DNA of 64,000 bases, taken from NCBI GenBank assembly GCA_041665405.1, contig JBAYIZ010000006.1, positions 407-64,406 of the forward strand. The letters are read 5' to 3'. The stretch's first letter is position 1; every line of letters begins with the position of its first letter. Of the stretch, positions 27,979 to 38,202 are shown in pieces. The position numbers and the translations under genes are program-made. The notes under the pieces are model-generated. The model did no database searches, was not told the DNA's origin, and worked only from the letters and a program-made list of their open reading frames with translations. The DNA comes from Candidatus Magasanikiibacteriota bacterium (GTDB lineage Bacteria; Patescibacteriota; Patescibacteriia; Magasanikbacterales; GWA2-37-8).

Positions 27979-28004
27979 TATCCCATTGAAAATAATTAAT
28001 ATAT

Positions 28005-28391
28005 ATGGCCAAAACGACTTTTAGCAAAGAATTTGTTACAAAAATAAAAACCTTACTACTAAAGGAAAAAGAGACCTTGGAAAAAGAACTAGGTAAATTT
28101 TCTCAAAAAAATAGTCGTGTAGCTGGAGATTATAATAGTAATTTCCCAGAATACGGTGACAAAGACGATGAGAATGCCGCTGAAGTTGCAGAATATGCCA
28201 CTGAACTTCCTTTAGAAGAAAGCTTTGAAAAAACTTTGCGCGATAACATCCAAGCCTTAACGCGCTTGGAAAATGATACTTACGGAATTTGCAAGTATTG
28301 CAAAAAACCAATCGATGAAAAACGATTGCTGGCTCGTCCAACTTCCAACGCTTGTATTACTTGTAAAAAAGCCATCACTCAAGAAATCTAA
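28005..28391 (+). CDS. DksA/TraR-family C4-type zinc-finger protein
   Basis: Coiled-coil N-terminus plus C-terminal CKYCKKPIDEKRLLARPTSNACITCKK (CxxC-x17-CxxC). Confidence 0.75.
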   Translation: MAKTTFSKEFVTKIKTLLLKEKETLEKELGKFSQKNSRVAGDYNSNFPEYGDKDDENAAEVAEYATELPLEESFEKTLRDNIQALTRLENDTYGICKYCKKPIDEKRLLARPTSNACITCKKAITQEI

Positions 28392-28392
28392 T

Positions 28393-28839
28393 ATGCAAAC
28401 AAAAGCCCGTCAGTTAATTATTTTTATTGGCGGCTTTTTTTTATTTTGTTTTGACCAAATATTAAAGTATTTTTCTTTACATACTCTCTCTGATGGTCAT
28501 GTGTTCTTCAACTTTTTTGGTTGGGGACCTTTTCAAAACCACGGGGTGGCTTTTAGTTTGCCGCTACCAAATACCCTTACTATAATATTCACTGCACCTA
28601 TAATTATAATTTTGTTGTGGTTTTTGATTAAATATTATTTTATTCCATCAAAACTAAATTTTTTTACAGGTCTGACATTAATTTTTTGGGGGGCTTTATC
28701 AAACCTAATCGACCGTGTTGTTTATCATGCGACCATTGATTATTTTGTGTTTGGAAGAGGGGTTATTAATTTGGCTGACATTCTAATCATTTTGGGTTTC
28801 CTTTTTTATTTATTACCATATAAATTTTTTAAACAATAA
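28393..28839 (+). CDS. lspA: lipoprotein signal peptidase (signal peptidase II)
   Basis: Four TM helices; motifs GALSNLIDRVVY and INLADILIILG. The start was moved to ATG 28393 immediately after the dksA stop. Confidence 0.8.
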   Translation: MQTKARQLIIFIGGFFLFCFDQILKYFSLHTLSDGHVFFNFFGWGPFQNHGVAFSLPLPNTLTIIFTAPIIIILLWFLIKYYFIPSKLNFFTGLTLIFWGALSNLIDRVVYHATIDYFVFGRGVINLADILIILGFLFYLLPYKFFKQ

Positions 28840-28841
28840 CT

Positions 28842-30350
28842 ATGTTCGTCAAACTTCGGTCGGCGGCTCCAGTGGGGTTGAGCTGTTTGCCGGTGGAGGT
28901 GGAGGTTGACATCAACAAGGGACAAACAAATTTTGGAATAATCGGACTCACAGACACTTCAATCCAAGAGGCAAAAGATAGAATTCATTCGGCTATAAAA
29001 AACTCTGGGTATAAATTCCCTTTTAATTTTCGAATTTTAATTAATCTTGCTCCAGCAAATTTGAACAAAGAGGGGTCGGCTTATGATTTGCCGATGGCCG
29101 TAGGAATTGTGATGGCCAGTATTGGGTCTGAAAAAAATATTTCTGACACACTGATGATTGGTGAACTGGCGCTGGATGGTTCTTTGCGTCCTGTAAATGG
29201 GATTTTACCTATTGCTTTATTTGCCAAAGAAAAAAATATTAAAAACTTAATTGTTCCTTTGGAAAATGCGGATGAGGCTGTGTTGATAGAGGGAGTTTGT
29301 GTTTTGCCAGCAAAAAATTTGAAAGAGGTGGCGCAACATATTTTAGACGAATCTTTGATCGCTCCATATACAAAAACACCGGAAACAGCCAACGAAGAAA
29401 TTTTTAGTCTAGACATGTCACAAGTAAAAGGACAGGAATTCACCAAACGAGCGCTGGAAATAGCGGCCAGTGGGGGACATAATATTTTACTTTCTGGTCC
29501 ACCTGGTTCGGGAAAAACATTGTTAGCTCGCACTCTTCCAACAATTTTGCCCCCTCTTATTGAAAAAGAAATACTAGAAATTACTAAAATATATTCTATC
29601 GCCGGACTGCTTCGTGGTGGATTAATTAAAAAGCGCCCCTTTCGTTCGCCCCATCATTCTATTTCAAACGTGGCTCTGGTGGGTGGCGGAAAATATCCGC
29701 GTCCTGGAGAAATTTCTTTAGCCCATCGTGGGGTTTTGTTTTTGGATGAATTTCCAGAATTTAGCAGAAGTGTTTTGGAGGCCTTGAGACAACCGCTCGA
29801 AGATGGAACTATTTCGATTTCACGTGCACGTGGTAGCCTGCAATTTCCCGCTCAATTTATTTTGGTCGCCAGCCAAAATCCTTGTCCGTGTGGATATGCC
29901 AGCGACCCCGATCAGTTTTGCAATTGTTCTGCATCTACACTTTTAAAATATCAAAAGAAAATTAGCGGACCAATATTGGATCGCATTGATTTACATGTAG
30001 AAGTTCCAAGATTAAAATTTGAAAAACTTTCTTCTAATGAAAGTGGGGAGTTGTCTAGCGACATTCGAAAACGAGTAGAGTCGGCTAGGAAAATTCAGGC
30101 GACTCGTTTTTCAAATTTAAATATTATCACCAACGCAGAAATGGGAAATAATGAAATAAAAAAATTCTGTCAGCTAAATTCTGAATCTATAAATTTATTA
30201 GGTGAAGCGGTAGAAAAAATGCATTTGTCTGCTCGCGCTTATAATAGAATTTTGAAAATCTCGCGAACCATCGCAGACCTAGCAGGTGAACAAAATATTT
30301 CTTTAAACCATCTGGCTGAAGCTCTACAGTTTCGGGTGAAAACTCAATAA
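28842..30350 (+). CDS. comM: YifB/ComM-family Mg-chelatase-like AAA+ ATPase
   Basis: N-terminal Lon-like/ChlI domain, Walker A LLSGPPGSGKTLLA, sensor motifs; 502 aa. Confidence 0.85.
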   Translation: MFVKLRSAAPVGLSCLPVEVEVDINKGQTNFGIIGLTDTSIQEAKDRIHSAIKNSGYKFPFNFRILINLAPANLNKEGSAYDLPMAVGIVMASIGSEKNISDTLMIGELALDGSLRPVNGILPIALFAKEKNIKNLIVPLENADEAVLIEGVCVLPAKNLKEVAQHILDESLIAPYTKTPETANEEIFSLDMSQVKGQEFTKRALEIAASGGHNILLSGPPGSGKTLLARTLPTILPPLIEKEILEITKIYSIAGLLRGGLIKKRPFRSPHHSISNVALVGGGKYPRPGEISLAHRGVLFLDEFPEFSRSVLEALRQPLEDGTISISRARGSLQFPAQFILVASQNPCPCGYASDPDQFCNCSASTLLKYQKKISGPILDRIDLHVEVPRLKFEKLSSNESGELSSDIRKRVESARKIQATRFSNLNIITNAEMGNNEIKKFCQLNSESINLLGEAVEKMHLSARAYNRILKISRTIADLAGEQNISLNHLAEALQFRVKTQ

Positions 30351-30389
30351 CTATTATATTGTTTATTTATAAATACAGAGCGGCCTAAA

Positions 30390-30420
30390 CAAAAAGACAC
30401 TCTCACAAAGGTGTCTTTTT
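30390..30420. terminator. bidirectional intrinsic terminator (AGACAC-loop-GTGTCT flanked by A-run and T-run)
   Basis: Lies between the convergent comM and 3D-domain genes. Confidence 0.55.
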
Positions 30421-30427
30421 AAATTTA

Positions 30428-30949
30428 TTATATACGATCAATCTTGGCCACCTTTATAGACTTTTCCACAAAATATATTTCTACTGGGGCACGTTTTACT
30501 CCAAACTTTTTTACCTGCGCTATCGGGGCATCCATCCAAATATCCATGCGGCCATAACCATAGCGAGGATTCATACGGTCATCTACCGTGAATACTTTAT
30601 CTCCATAAAGAGCCGGGATTTTAATTTTTGTTCCCAACGGCAACCAGTTGGCCGCCACCATACCGTCATAAACATGTTTCCCAGAAGCGGCTATAAACGG
30701 ATCGCTGTCTGTTTGGTCGGGGGTGCTAGAATAAGCAGTTAAAACGGTCATTACAGTTTTACTTGGAAGTTTGACAATTTGGGCTGGTTGAAATAGTTTA
30801 CCTCCTGAGCTTTCTGTGAACAAAAGCTCTGCCCCGCTATTTTTAGCCAAACTATCAGTTTCTGCAGCAATTACTATTACGGGAAAGACGTTTTGTAAAA
30901 GCAAAGAGGCCAAAACAAGTGTAATTTTGATTGTCTGAATTCTTTTCAT
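30428..30949 (-). CDS. secreted 3D-domain (RlpA/MltA-like double-psi beta-barrel) cell-wall protein
   Basis: Signal peptide. 3D motif region TAYSSTPDQTDSDPFIAASGKHVYDGMVAAN...DDRMNPRYGYGRMDIWMD with the three conserved Asp. Confidence 0.7.
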   Translation of the reverse strand: MKRIQTIKITLVLASLLLQNVFPVIVIAAETDSLAKNSGAELLFTESSGGKLFQPAQIVKLPSKTVMTVLTAYSSTPDQTDSDPFIAASGKHVYDGMVAANWLPLGTKIKIPALYGDKVFTVDDRMNPRYGYGRMDIWMDAPIAQVKKFGVKRAPVEIYFVEKSIKVAKIDRI

Positions 30950-31105
30950 CTTGCTTTTTGGCTAACCAAAGCCAGTTTTATGAATAAAAAAAGATACCTT
31001 CGTTGGGTACCCCTCCCTTAATACCGCATTATTGTAGGCCAAAAAGGCAAGTTTGTCAACAACGAAGGGGCGTAGTATAATGTAAGATATAATAATCAAA
31101 AATTC

Positions 31106-33946
31106 ATGCCTATCCAATTCTTAAAAATTAAACACCCATTCAATCGCCGTTTAGACGAAGGCAGAGAACCGGAGAACGGTCGTAAACAAAAACTGGGTGG
31201 CAAAAAACTGTTCTCCTTAATTGGAATAATTGTTCTGGCTAGTTTTATATTAGGGACGATAGCGGTCGTCTGGATTAGCAAAGACCTACCAGACCCAAAC
31301 CGCCTCAGCGACCGCCAGGTTGCTCAAAGCACCAAAATATACGATCGCACTGGCGAACATTTGTTATACGAAGTTTATCAAAACCAAAAAAGAACCTTGG
31401 TTGAACTCGACCAAATGTCTTCGTTTTTGCCAAAGGCGGTGGTATCGGTGGAAGATAAAAAATTTTATGAACACAGTGGTATCCGTGTAGTCAGTATTAT
31501 ACGTGCTGGTTTTAACAATTTGATTGGACGAAAGTCTGGGTCTGGGGGGGCATCCACTCTCACTCAACAGTTGATAAAAATAACTATGGTGGGTGATGAA
31601 CGTTCTATTTTTAGAAAAATCAAAGAAGCGGTTTTGGCTTTGCGTTTAGAAAAAAAATATACCAAAGACGAAATCATCAAAATGTATTTAAACGAAATAC
31701 CTTTTGGGTCAACTAATTATGGTGTTGAATCGGCCAGCCAGAGTTATTTTCATAAAAAAGCAAAAGATATCAGTTTGTCCGAATCGGCCACACTGGCGGC
31801 TCTGATTCAAGCCCCCAGTAGATATTTAAACGACATCAACACTTTGCGCAACCGCCGTGACACTATTTTACGTTTAATGAATGAACAAGGATATATTACA
31901 CTAGAAGAAAAAACCCAAGCCCAAAATGAAGCGTTAAGAATATACCGAAGTGGAGGAATTATGGATGCTCCTCATTTTGTATTATATGTAAAACAACTTT
32001 TGGCCGATCAGTTTGGAGAAAAAATAGTTGATGACGGCGGTTTAAAAGTTATTACCACAATTGATTATGAAAAACAAAAGGCGGCTGAAAAAATAGTAAA
32101 AGAAAATGGAGACAAGTTTGCCAAACAATATAATGCCAACAATGCTGCATTGGTAGCTCTCGATCCTAAAACAGGACAAATTTTGGCCATGGTCGGTTCT
32201 CGTGATTTTGAAAACGAAGAAATCGATGGGCAGTTTAATGTGGCCATACTAGGAAAACGCCAGCCGGGCTCATCCTTTAAACCATTTGTTTATGCCGCCG
32301 CTTTTGAAAAAGGATTTACTCCAGACACAGTTGTCTATGACACGGTGACTAATTTTGATCTTGGTGTCGGTGGTAATTACACACCAAAAAACTATGACGG
32401 CAAAGAACACGGGCTAGTTACTTTCCGAAAATCTCTACAAGGTTCTCTAAACATTCCTGCCGTAAAAGCATTATATTTGGTTGGAACAAATGAAACAATA
32501 GAATTTGCCAAACGGTTTGGTTACACAACCTTTACCGGCAACCCAGGACTAACTTTGGTTTTGGGTGGTGCTGAGGTGAATTTGCTTGAACACACCAATG
32601 CTTATGCCACTTTGGCTGACAATGGAGTCTACCACACTCCTGTAAGTATCCTGAAAGTTACCGATCCAAAAGAAAATGTCCTAGTAGAATGGAAAGAAAA
32701 TTCTGGTTCGGAAGCGATAAAACCAGAGCTCGCTGCCACTGTTTCAAACATACTTTCAGATGATCTGGCTCGTGCCTATATGTTTGGTAGAAATGGTTCG
32801 CTCACTTTGCCTGGCAGACCAGTCGCGGCCAAAACTGGTACTACCAATGATTATAAAGATGCCTGGACACTGGGGTATACTCCTTCGCTTGCCGCGGGTG
32901 TTTGGGTGGGAAATACTACTCCCTCAACAATGAAGGGCGGTGGAAATACTTTGGCTGGCCTTATTTGGAATCAATTTATGCGTGAGTCCACAAAAAATAC
33001 TCCTGTAGAAACTTTTCCAATTCCACCAGCAAACGATGCCACCAAACCAGTTCTACGCGGCGCCGATGGTGGAATTAAATTAAAAATAAATACTGTCAGC
33101 GGACGCATTGCTACCCCTTCTACTCCTTCTGCTTTGATTGTCGAAAAAACATATTTGCCACCGCATGACATTTTATATTATGTAAATAAAGACGATCCTC
33201 GTGGACCCGCGCTTATAAATCCTTTCTCAGACCCTCAATATCAAAACTGGGAAAATTCCTTAGCCGACTGGGTACAAAGAGAAAATAATGCTGGGCGCGA
33301 AGTGTCTTTTGAAGAACCTCCGACTGAATACGACGATGTAAATTATAGCCCTGAACTAATACCCCAAGTACAAATTATTTCACCCACTTCTAATGAAATC
33401 ATAAATGGCCGACAAATTGATATTGAAATAAAAGCCACTGCCCCCCGGGGAATAAAGCAGGTGTTTTACACCATAGACAAAGAACAGATTGGATCTAGTG
33501 AACAATTTCCTTTTAGCTTTTCCTATACACTTACAAAACTTTATTCTGAGCAACATGTTTTAAAGGTGTCCGCCATAGACGACCAGGGTAATGCCGGTCA
33601 AGCACAGGTGGTTTTTTTGACTAACACCCCTTATGACCCAGCTACTTTTAGTTGGACAGAAGAAGCTGGTATCAAGTTGGTAAAAGAAGATTTTCCACGA
33701 ACAATCCAAATCAAGCCGGTTCGTTGGGATGATATTAAAAATATCAAAATTCAACTTATCAACTCCAAAGGGGTGACAAAAAATATTTTTGATTTTAACC
33801 ACAAAGAAGATTCTTTGACCGACACTGGATTGCTCGAGTTTGTCTGGAAAACCTATCCTGGTGTCGGACAATACACACTCAAAGCAACCTTGTTAAACAA
33901 TGGGGGACAGACTGAAGAAAAAAGCATTATGGTTGAAATAAAATAA
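31106..33946 (+). CDS. class A penicillin-binding protein 1A (transglycosylase + transpeptidase) with C-terminal Ig-like extension
   Basis: GT51 motifs VSVEDKKFYEHSGI, GASTLTQQL. Transpeptidase SxxK (SSFKPF), SLN, KTGT. Extra 250 aa beta-rich C-terminus. Confidence 0.9.
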   Translation: MPIQFLKIKHPFNRRLDEGREPENGRKQKLGGKKLFSLIGIIVLASFILGTIAVVWISKDLPDPNRLSDRQVAQSTKIYDRTGEHLLYEVYQNQKRTLVELDQMSSFLPKAVVSVEDKKFYEHSGIRVVSIIRAGFNNLIGRKSGSGGASTLTQQLIKITMVGDERSIFRKIKEAVLALRLEKKYTKDEIIKMYLNEIPFGSTNYGVESASQSYFHKKAKDISLSESATLAALIQAPSRYLNDINTLRNRRDTILRLMNEQGYITLEEKTQAQNEALRIYRSGGIMDAPHFVLYVKQLLADQFGEKIVDDGGLKVITTIDYEKQKAAEKIVKENGDKFAKQYNANNAALVALDPKTGQILAMVGSRDFENEEIDGQFNVAILGKRQPGSSFKPFVYAAAFEKGFTPDTVVYDTVTNFDLGVGGNYTPKNYDGKEHGLVTFRKSLQGSLNIPAVKALYLVGTNETIEFAKRFGYTTFTGNPGLTLVLGGAEVNLLEHTNAYATLADNGVYHTPVSILKVTDPKENVLVEWKENSGSEAIKPELAATVSNILSDDLARAYMFGRNGSLTLPGRPVAAKTGTTNDYKDAWTLGYTPSLAAGVWVGNTTPSTMKGGGNTLAGLIWNQFMRESTKNTPVETFPIPPANDATKPVLRGADGGIKLKINTVSGRIATPSTPSALIVEKTYLPPHDILYYVNKDDPRGPALINPFSDPQYQNWENSLADWVQRENNAGREVSFEEPPTEYDDVNYSPELIPQVQIISPTSNEIINGRQIDIEIKATAPRGIKQVFYTIDKEQIGSSEQFPFSFSYTLTKLYSEQHVLKVSAIDDQGNAGQAQVVFLTNTPYDPATFSWTEEAGIKLVKEDFPRTIQIKPVRWDDIKNIKIQLINSKGVTKNIFDFNHKEDSLTDTGLLEFVWKTYPGVGQYTLKATLLNNGGQTEEKSIMVEIK

Positions 33947-33954
33947 AAATAAAA

Positions 33955-33990
33955 AAAACGCCGCATTTATTCTTGCGGCGTTTTTTTATA
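33955..33990. terminator. bidirectional intrinsic terminator (ACGCCGCATTTATTCTTGCGGCGT flanked by A/T runs)
   Basis: Lies between the convergent PBP1A and ribH genes. Confidence 0.65.
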
Positions 33991-34440
33991 TTATTTTTTT
34001 ATATTATCCAGCACAGTAATCATGGCCAGTGCGGTGTTGGCCGCTTCAACACCACGATTGTCTTTCACTTGAGTAGATCTGTCTATGGCGTCCTGGATAT
34101 CATATACCGCTAATACTTCAAAAATTACAGGAACCTCAAATTCCAAAGACAAATTCATACACGCTCGCGCGCACTCGTTGGCAACTAACTCGAAATGATA
34201 GGTTTTGCCTTTGTGTATAGCCCCAAAGGTGATTATCACATCATAGATGTTTTTCTCGGCCAGCTTTTTTACGGCCAATGGTATTTCAAATGAGCCTGGA
34301 ACTCGAAATATTTCTATTTGGGAAGCTTCCACCCCTTTACGCAACAGGGTTTCAACACAGTGTTTTTCCAAGTTTCCGACAATTTCTTCCCAGAAAGCCC
34401 CACTCACTATTACAATTTTTAGTTCTTTTTCTGCCTTCAT
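33991..34440 (-). CDS. ribH: 6,7-dimethyl-8-ribityllumazine synthase
   Basis: VPGSFEIP motif; 149 aa. Confidence 0.85.
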   Translation of the reverse strand: MKAEKELKIVIVSGAFWEEIVGNLEKHCVETLLRKGVEASQIEIFRVPGSFEIPLAVKKLAEKNIYDVIITFGAIHKGKTYHFELVANECARACMNLSLEFEVPVIFEVLAVYDIQDAIDRSTQVKDNRGVEAANTALAMITVLDNIKK

Positions 34441-34452
34441 AAAAGATAAAAA

Positions 34453-35034
34453 TTATTTTTCTAAAAACTTTTTTAAATATTTACCCAAAATGTCTGTTTC
34501 AATGTTTATTGAATCGCCAATTTTAATATCATGTAACATTGTCTTTTCCCATGTGAAGGGAATAATTCCAACCGTAAAAAACTTTGTATCTACGGAAATT
34601 ACTGTAAAAGAAATCCCGTTGATTGCGACTGATCCTTTTTTTACCACAAACTCTAAAACGTCACCAGGTGCTTTTATTTTTAACAAATGACTGTTGCCAT
34701 CACTTTCGATGGTTTGAACTGTCCCAACCCCATCCACGTGTCCTTGAACCACATGCCCAGACAAAAACGTGTTTACAGTTGCTGGTAGTTCGAAATTTAC
34801 CGTGTCTTTTATTTTTAATTTACCCAACATGGTTTTTTTCTGAGTTTCTGGCATTATTTCAACCAAAAAACTTTTTTTGCTTGGTTTTTTTACTATCGTC
34901 AAACAAACACCATTGATTGAAACGCTAGTTCCTTTTTTTAGTTTGTTACAAAAACTTTGGTCAGCAGAAAAAACAAACGACACGCCGTTCGTTTTTTCCA
35001 ACTTTCCCAAATTTTCTATAATTCCTGTAAACAT
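34453..35034 (-). CDS. ribE: riboflavin synthase alpha chain
   Basis: MFTGIIE N-terminus; duplicated lumazine-binding halves; 193 aa. Confidence 0.85.
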   Translation of the reverse strand: MFTGIIENLGKLEKTNGVSFVFSADQSFCNKLKKGTSVSINGVCLTIVKKPSKKSFLVEIMPETQKKTMLGKLKIKDTVNFELPATVNTFLSGHVVQGHVDGVGTVQTIESDGNSHLLKIKAPGDVLEFVVKKGSVAINGISFTVISVDTKFFTVGIIPFTWEKTMLHDIKIGDSINIETDILGKYLKKFLEK

Positions 35035-35047
35035 AAAGAAAAAAACA

Positions 35048-36172
35048 TTATTGTCTTATCGGCATCACTATATAAACAAAACTGTCGTCGTTGGTTGGTA
35101 CAAAGAGACACGGGCTGTCTGCGTTTATCATTTTCAGCATACTGGTTTCTGATTTAATATTATTTAAACCATCCAAAACATATCGGTGGTTCAACATAAT
35201 AGCATTGTCGTCGCCGTTTGTTTCCGCACTTATTTCAGAACTATATTCACCCGTCTGGGAAGAAGTGGAGGAAAGTTTTACGACGCCTTCTTTACTACTA
35301 ATTATACAAGATATAGCGTTTACACCTATTGTGGTAAACAAACTGGCCATTTTAATTTCTTTACTCATCTTTCCAGTATCAAACATCGCAGATGTTTTGA
35401 ATTCTTTTGGTATAATTTGTGCATAGTCTGGATAATTTCCTTCTACTAAGCGAGAAACTAGTTGAATATTACCGTAGTGCATAGCAATTTGATTCTCTCC
35501 AACTAATATTCTAACGTTTTTTTCTTTTTCTTCATTATCCGCTAACGACAGTATGTGGATTATTTCTTGAGCAGTTCTACCCGGAACAATAATTTTAAAA
35601 TCTCCTTCTCCTTGTTGAATTTTAATTTTCTTTTCAGCCAATCTATAACTATCTGTAGCCGCCAATATTAAACCGGCATAATATGAAGTATTAAATCCAA
35701 AATACATTCCTGATAATTCCGGTCTTATTTCTGATTTAGCCAAAGAGGAAACAGTTTGTCCTAGTCCGCTCTTTAGTTGTTCTGCATCAAACAAAAATCC
35801 ATTTCCATCACTTACAGAAGGAATAACTGGAAATTCGTCAGCTGGTATTCCTTTTATTTTCGTTGATGATTTTCCACAGGTTATAACTAGCTCATTTTCT
35901 TTTAATTCCATTTCAATCTTTTCGTCAGAAAGTAAACTAACAAATTCACTAAGTGTTTTGGAAGGAACTGTAAACGAACCAGATTCATCCACTTTTGATC
36001 TCACGTGAGCAACTATTGCCAATTCTAGATTGGTTGCAATTATTTCTGTTTTTTGATCATCTGCTTTAATCAATATATTTCCCAGTATTGGAAGATTCAC
36101 ATTTTTATTTGCTATCCCTCCTACTATAGAAAGTGCTTTCGATAAATTATCTTTTGTACAAGTTATTTTCAT
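35048..36172 (-). CDS. dnaN: DNA polymerase III beta sliding clamp
   Basis: Three-domain clamp, 374 aa, immediately downstream of dnaA. Confidence 0.9.
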   Translation of the reverse strand: MKITCTKDNLSKALSIVGGIANKNVNLPILGNILIKADDQKTEIIATNLELAIVAHVRSKVDESGSFTVPSKTLSEFVSLLSDEKIEMELKENELVITCGKSSTKIKGIPADEFPVIPSVSDGNGFLFDAEQLKSGLGQTVSSLAKSEIRPELSGMYFGFNTSYYAGLILAATDSYRLAEKKIKIQQGEGDFKIIVPGRTAQEIIHILSLADNEEKEKNVRILVGENQIAMHYGNIQLVSRLVEGNYPDYAQIIPKEFKTSAMFDTGKMSKEIKMASLFTTIGVNAISCIISSKEGVVKLSSTSSQTGEYSSEISAETNGDDNAIMLNHRYVLDGLNNIKSETSMLKMINADSPCLFVPTNDDSFVYIVMPIRQ

Positions 36173-36447
36173 AAAGGATGGTGCGGGTTACATTATTTAA
36201 TTAAGTATATATATAAAATAATAATAGTAATAAGGCTGTGGAAAGGGTTAATAAGTCGTTTTTTGTTTTCAAATTAGCCAAGTTTAAGGTGAATAATTTT
36301 TTAACAGTTTGGTATAAAAGTGTGTGTGAAAAACGATTTATTTAAGTTTATTTATTTTCTGTTGATAAGTGGTTGACTTGTTCTTTTTATATTAACAACT
36401 TATTAACATTCTTTGCACACCATTTAGCGAAGAAAAAAAACCATGTT
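36173..36447. other. dnaA-dnaN intergenic region, probable oriC segment with AT-rich unwinding element
   Basis: Very AT-rich tract TATATATATAAAATAATAATAGTAATAA plus a DnaA-box-like TGTTGATAA. Confidence 0.4.
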
Positions 36448-37842
36448 TTAGATATTATTGATATATAAACGCTGTCTTATTAATTCTAGTTCTTGTTTTA
36501 GTTTTAAATCATTATCTATTTCTTTGGTAATTTTTTCGTTGGCATGCATCGCTGTGGTGTGATCGCGTCCGCCCAGCTCATCGCCAATGGAAGGGAAAGA
36601 CATTTTAAGATCATTACGCAAAATATACATAATAATCTGGCGAGGATAAGAGAGCTTCTTTTCTCGGCTTTTACCACAAACATTTTCGGTGGAAACATTG
36701 AAAAAGGTGCAAACAGTCTCTATGGTCTGTTGTGATGTGACTGAACGTCTAGCCGAAGCAGAATCAAAACTAGAAAGAATTGATTTTACTGATTCGGCTG
36801 TCGGGGCCATATTTTTTAATTGATGATAAGCAATAATTTTATTTAGGGCGCCTTCAAGCTCACGAATGTTGCTCTGAACAATAGTAGCAACTGTATTTAG
36901 GGTTTTGTCGTCCAAAACAAAATTCTTTTCTTGGCACTTTTTGCCCAAAATAGCGACACGTGTTTCAAAATCAGGGGCAGAAACATCCACAATCATTCCC
37001 CACTCGAAGCGAGATTTGAGGCGATCCTCAAGGGCAGGGATGGCTTTTGGTGGGCGGTCAGAAGTTAAAATTACCTGCTTGTTTGCCTGGTGGAGCTCGT
37101 TAAAAGTATGAAAAAACGATTCTTGGCTGGCATCTTTGCCAGCGATGAACTGAATATCATCAATTAACAAAGCGTCGATAGTACGATAGCGGTTTTGGAA
37201 GTCTCTCGCTCCACCACTACGCAAAGAAGTAATAAAATCGTTGGTAAATTTCTCAGCACTAACATACAAGATATTGGTTTGAGGGTTTTTTTTCAACAAT
37301 TCATTGCCAACCGCCTGTAAAAGATGGGTTTTCCCCAAACCTACACCACCGTAGATAAACAGTGGATTGTAGGCCTCACCAGGACGGTCTGCCACTGCCT
37401 TGGCGGCGGTGAAAGCCAATTCGGAGCCTTTGCCAACCACAAAACTATCAAAATTGTATTTTGGGTTAATGGTAAATCCATGAGAAGCGACAGATTGGTG
37501 ACTAGTTTGTTGAGAGTATGAAGGTGTTTTTTCGTTTTCATGAGATACCGACGGGGAAGGAGGGGTGTTTATTGGTTGTTCCACAACATTTTTGATATTT
37601 TCGATCTTGTATTCCATCCTTCTAATAGGAAGGGCGGTGACCCTCTCTAAAGATTGGATGATTTGGTGGTGGTGTTTTTTTTCAATCCACGCCTGATTAA
37701 AGGTGTTTGGGACGCAGACAATAACATGGCCTTCTTGAAAACTAACAATACCAGTATTTTTGAACCAGGTGTTAAAATTCGCTTTGGAAATGGTTAATTC
37801 TAATTCAGATAAAACAGCCTGCCAAATTTCATTATTAGTCAT
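36448..37842 (-). CDS. dnaA: chromosomal replication initiator DnaA
   Basis: Walker A GGVGLGKTHLL and the C-terminal DNA-binding domain. Confidence 0.95.
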   Translation of the reverse strand: MTNNEIWQAVLSELELTISKANFNTWFKNTGIVSFQEGHVIVCVPNTFNQAWIEKKHHHQIIQSLERVTALPIRRMEYKIENIKNVVEQPINTPPSPSVSHENEKTPSYSQQTSHQSVASHGFTINPKYNFDSFVVGKGSELAFTAAKAVADRPGEAYNPLFIYGGVGLGKTHLLQAVGNELLKKNPQTNILYVSAEKFTNDFITSLRSGGARDFQNRYRTIDALLIDDIQFIAGKDASQESFFHTFNELHQANKQVILTSDRPPKAIPALEDRLKSRFEWGMIVDVSAPDFETRVAILGKKCQEKNFVLDDKTLNTVATIVQSNIRELEGALNKIIAYHQLKNMAPTAESVKSILSSFDSASARRSVTSQQTIETVCTFFNVSTENVCGKSREKKLSYPRQIIMYILRNDLKMSFPSIGDELGGRDHTTAMHANEKITKEIDNDLKLKQELELIRQRLYINNI

Positions 37843-38017
37843 AGATTGATAGTTTTATAAAACTTTTATGTTATTTTAGCACAGAAACACATCTATTAAA
37901 ACGTCGGAAATTAGCTAAAAGTGCAAAATATGTGGATAAACTGGGGATACTGTGGATTGTTGACTAAAAGCCGTTTATATGGTAATATATTCAACATAAT
38001 ACATTAAATAAAAAGGT
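37843..38017. promoter_or_regulatory. dnaA upstream region with DnaA boxes (TGTGGATAA at 37931-37939; TGTGGATTG at 37951-37959) and a divergent rpmH promoter TTGACT-17-TAATAT
   Basis: A perfect TTATCCACA (on the opposite strand) plus a 1-mismatch box; classic oriC/dnaA promoter arrangement. Confidence 0.5.
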
Positions 38018-38197
38018 ATGGCAACTAAACGAACTTATCAACCAAGTAAAAAACATCGTGCAAAAGCACACGGATTCATGGAAAGAATGTCCACAAAGAA
38101 TGGACGGACAGTACTTTCTAGACGTCGTGCCAAGGGGCGCAAGAAGCTAACAGTGTCAGATGAAAAATCTGGAAAATTGTTAAGAAAAGCCAAATAA
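38018..38197 (+). CDS. rpmH: 50S ribosomal protein L34
   Basis: Own translation: [46 protein letters not shown]... (59 aa, below the ORF-track cutoff). RBS AAAAGGT. Confidence 0.85.
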   Translation: MATKRTYQPSKKHRAKAHGFMERMSTKNGRTVLSRRRAKGRKKLTVSDEKSGKLLRKAK

Positions 38198-38202
38198 TCT
38201 TA

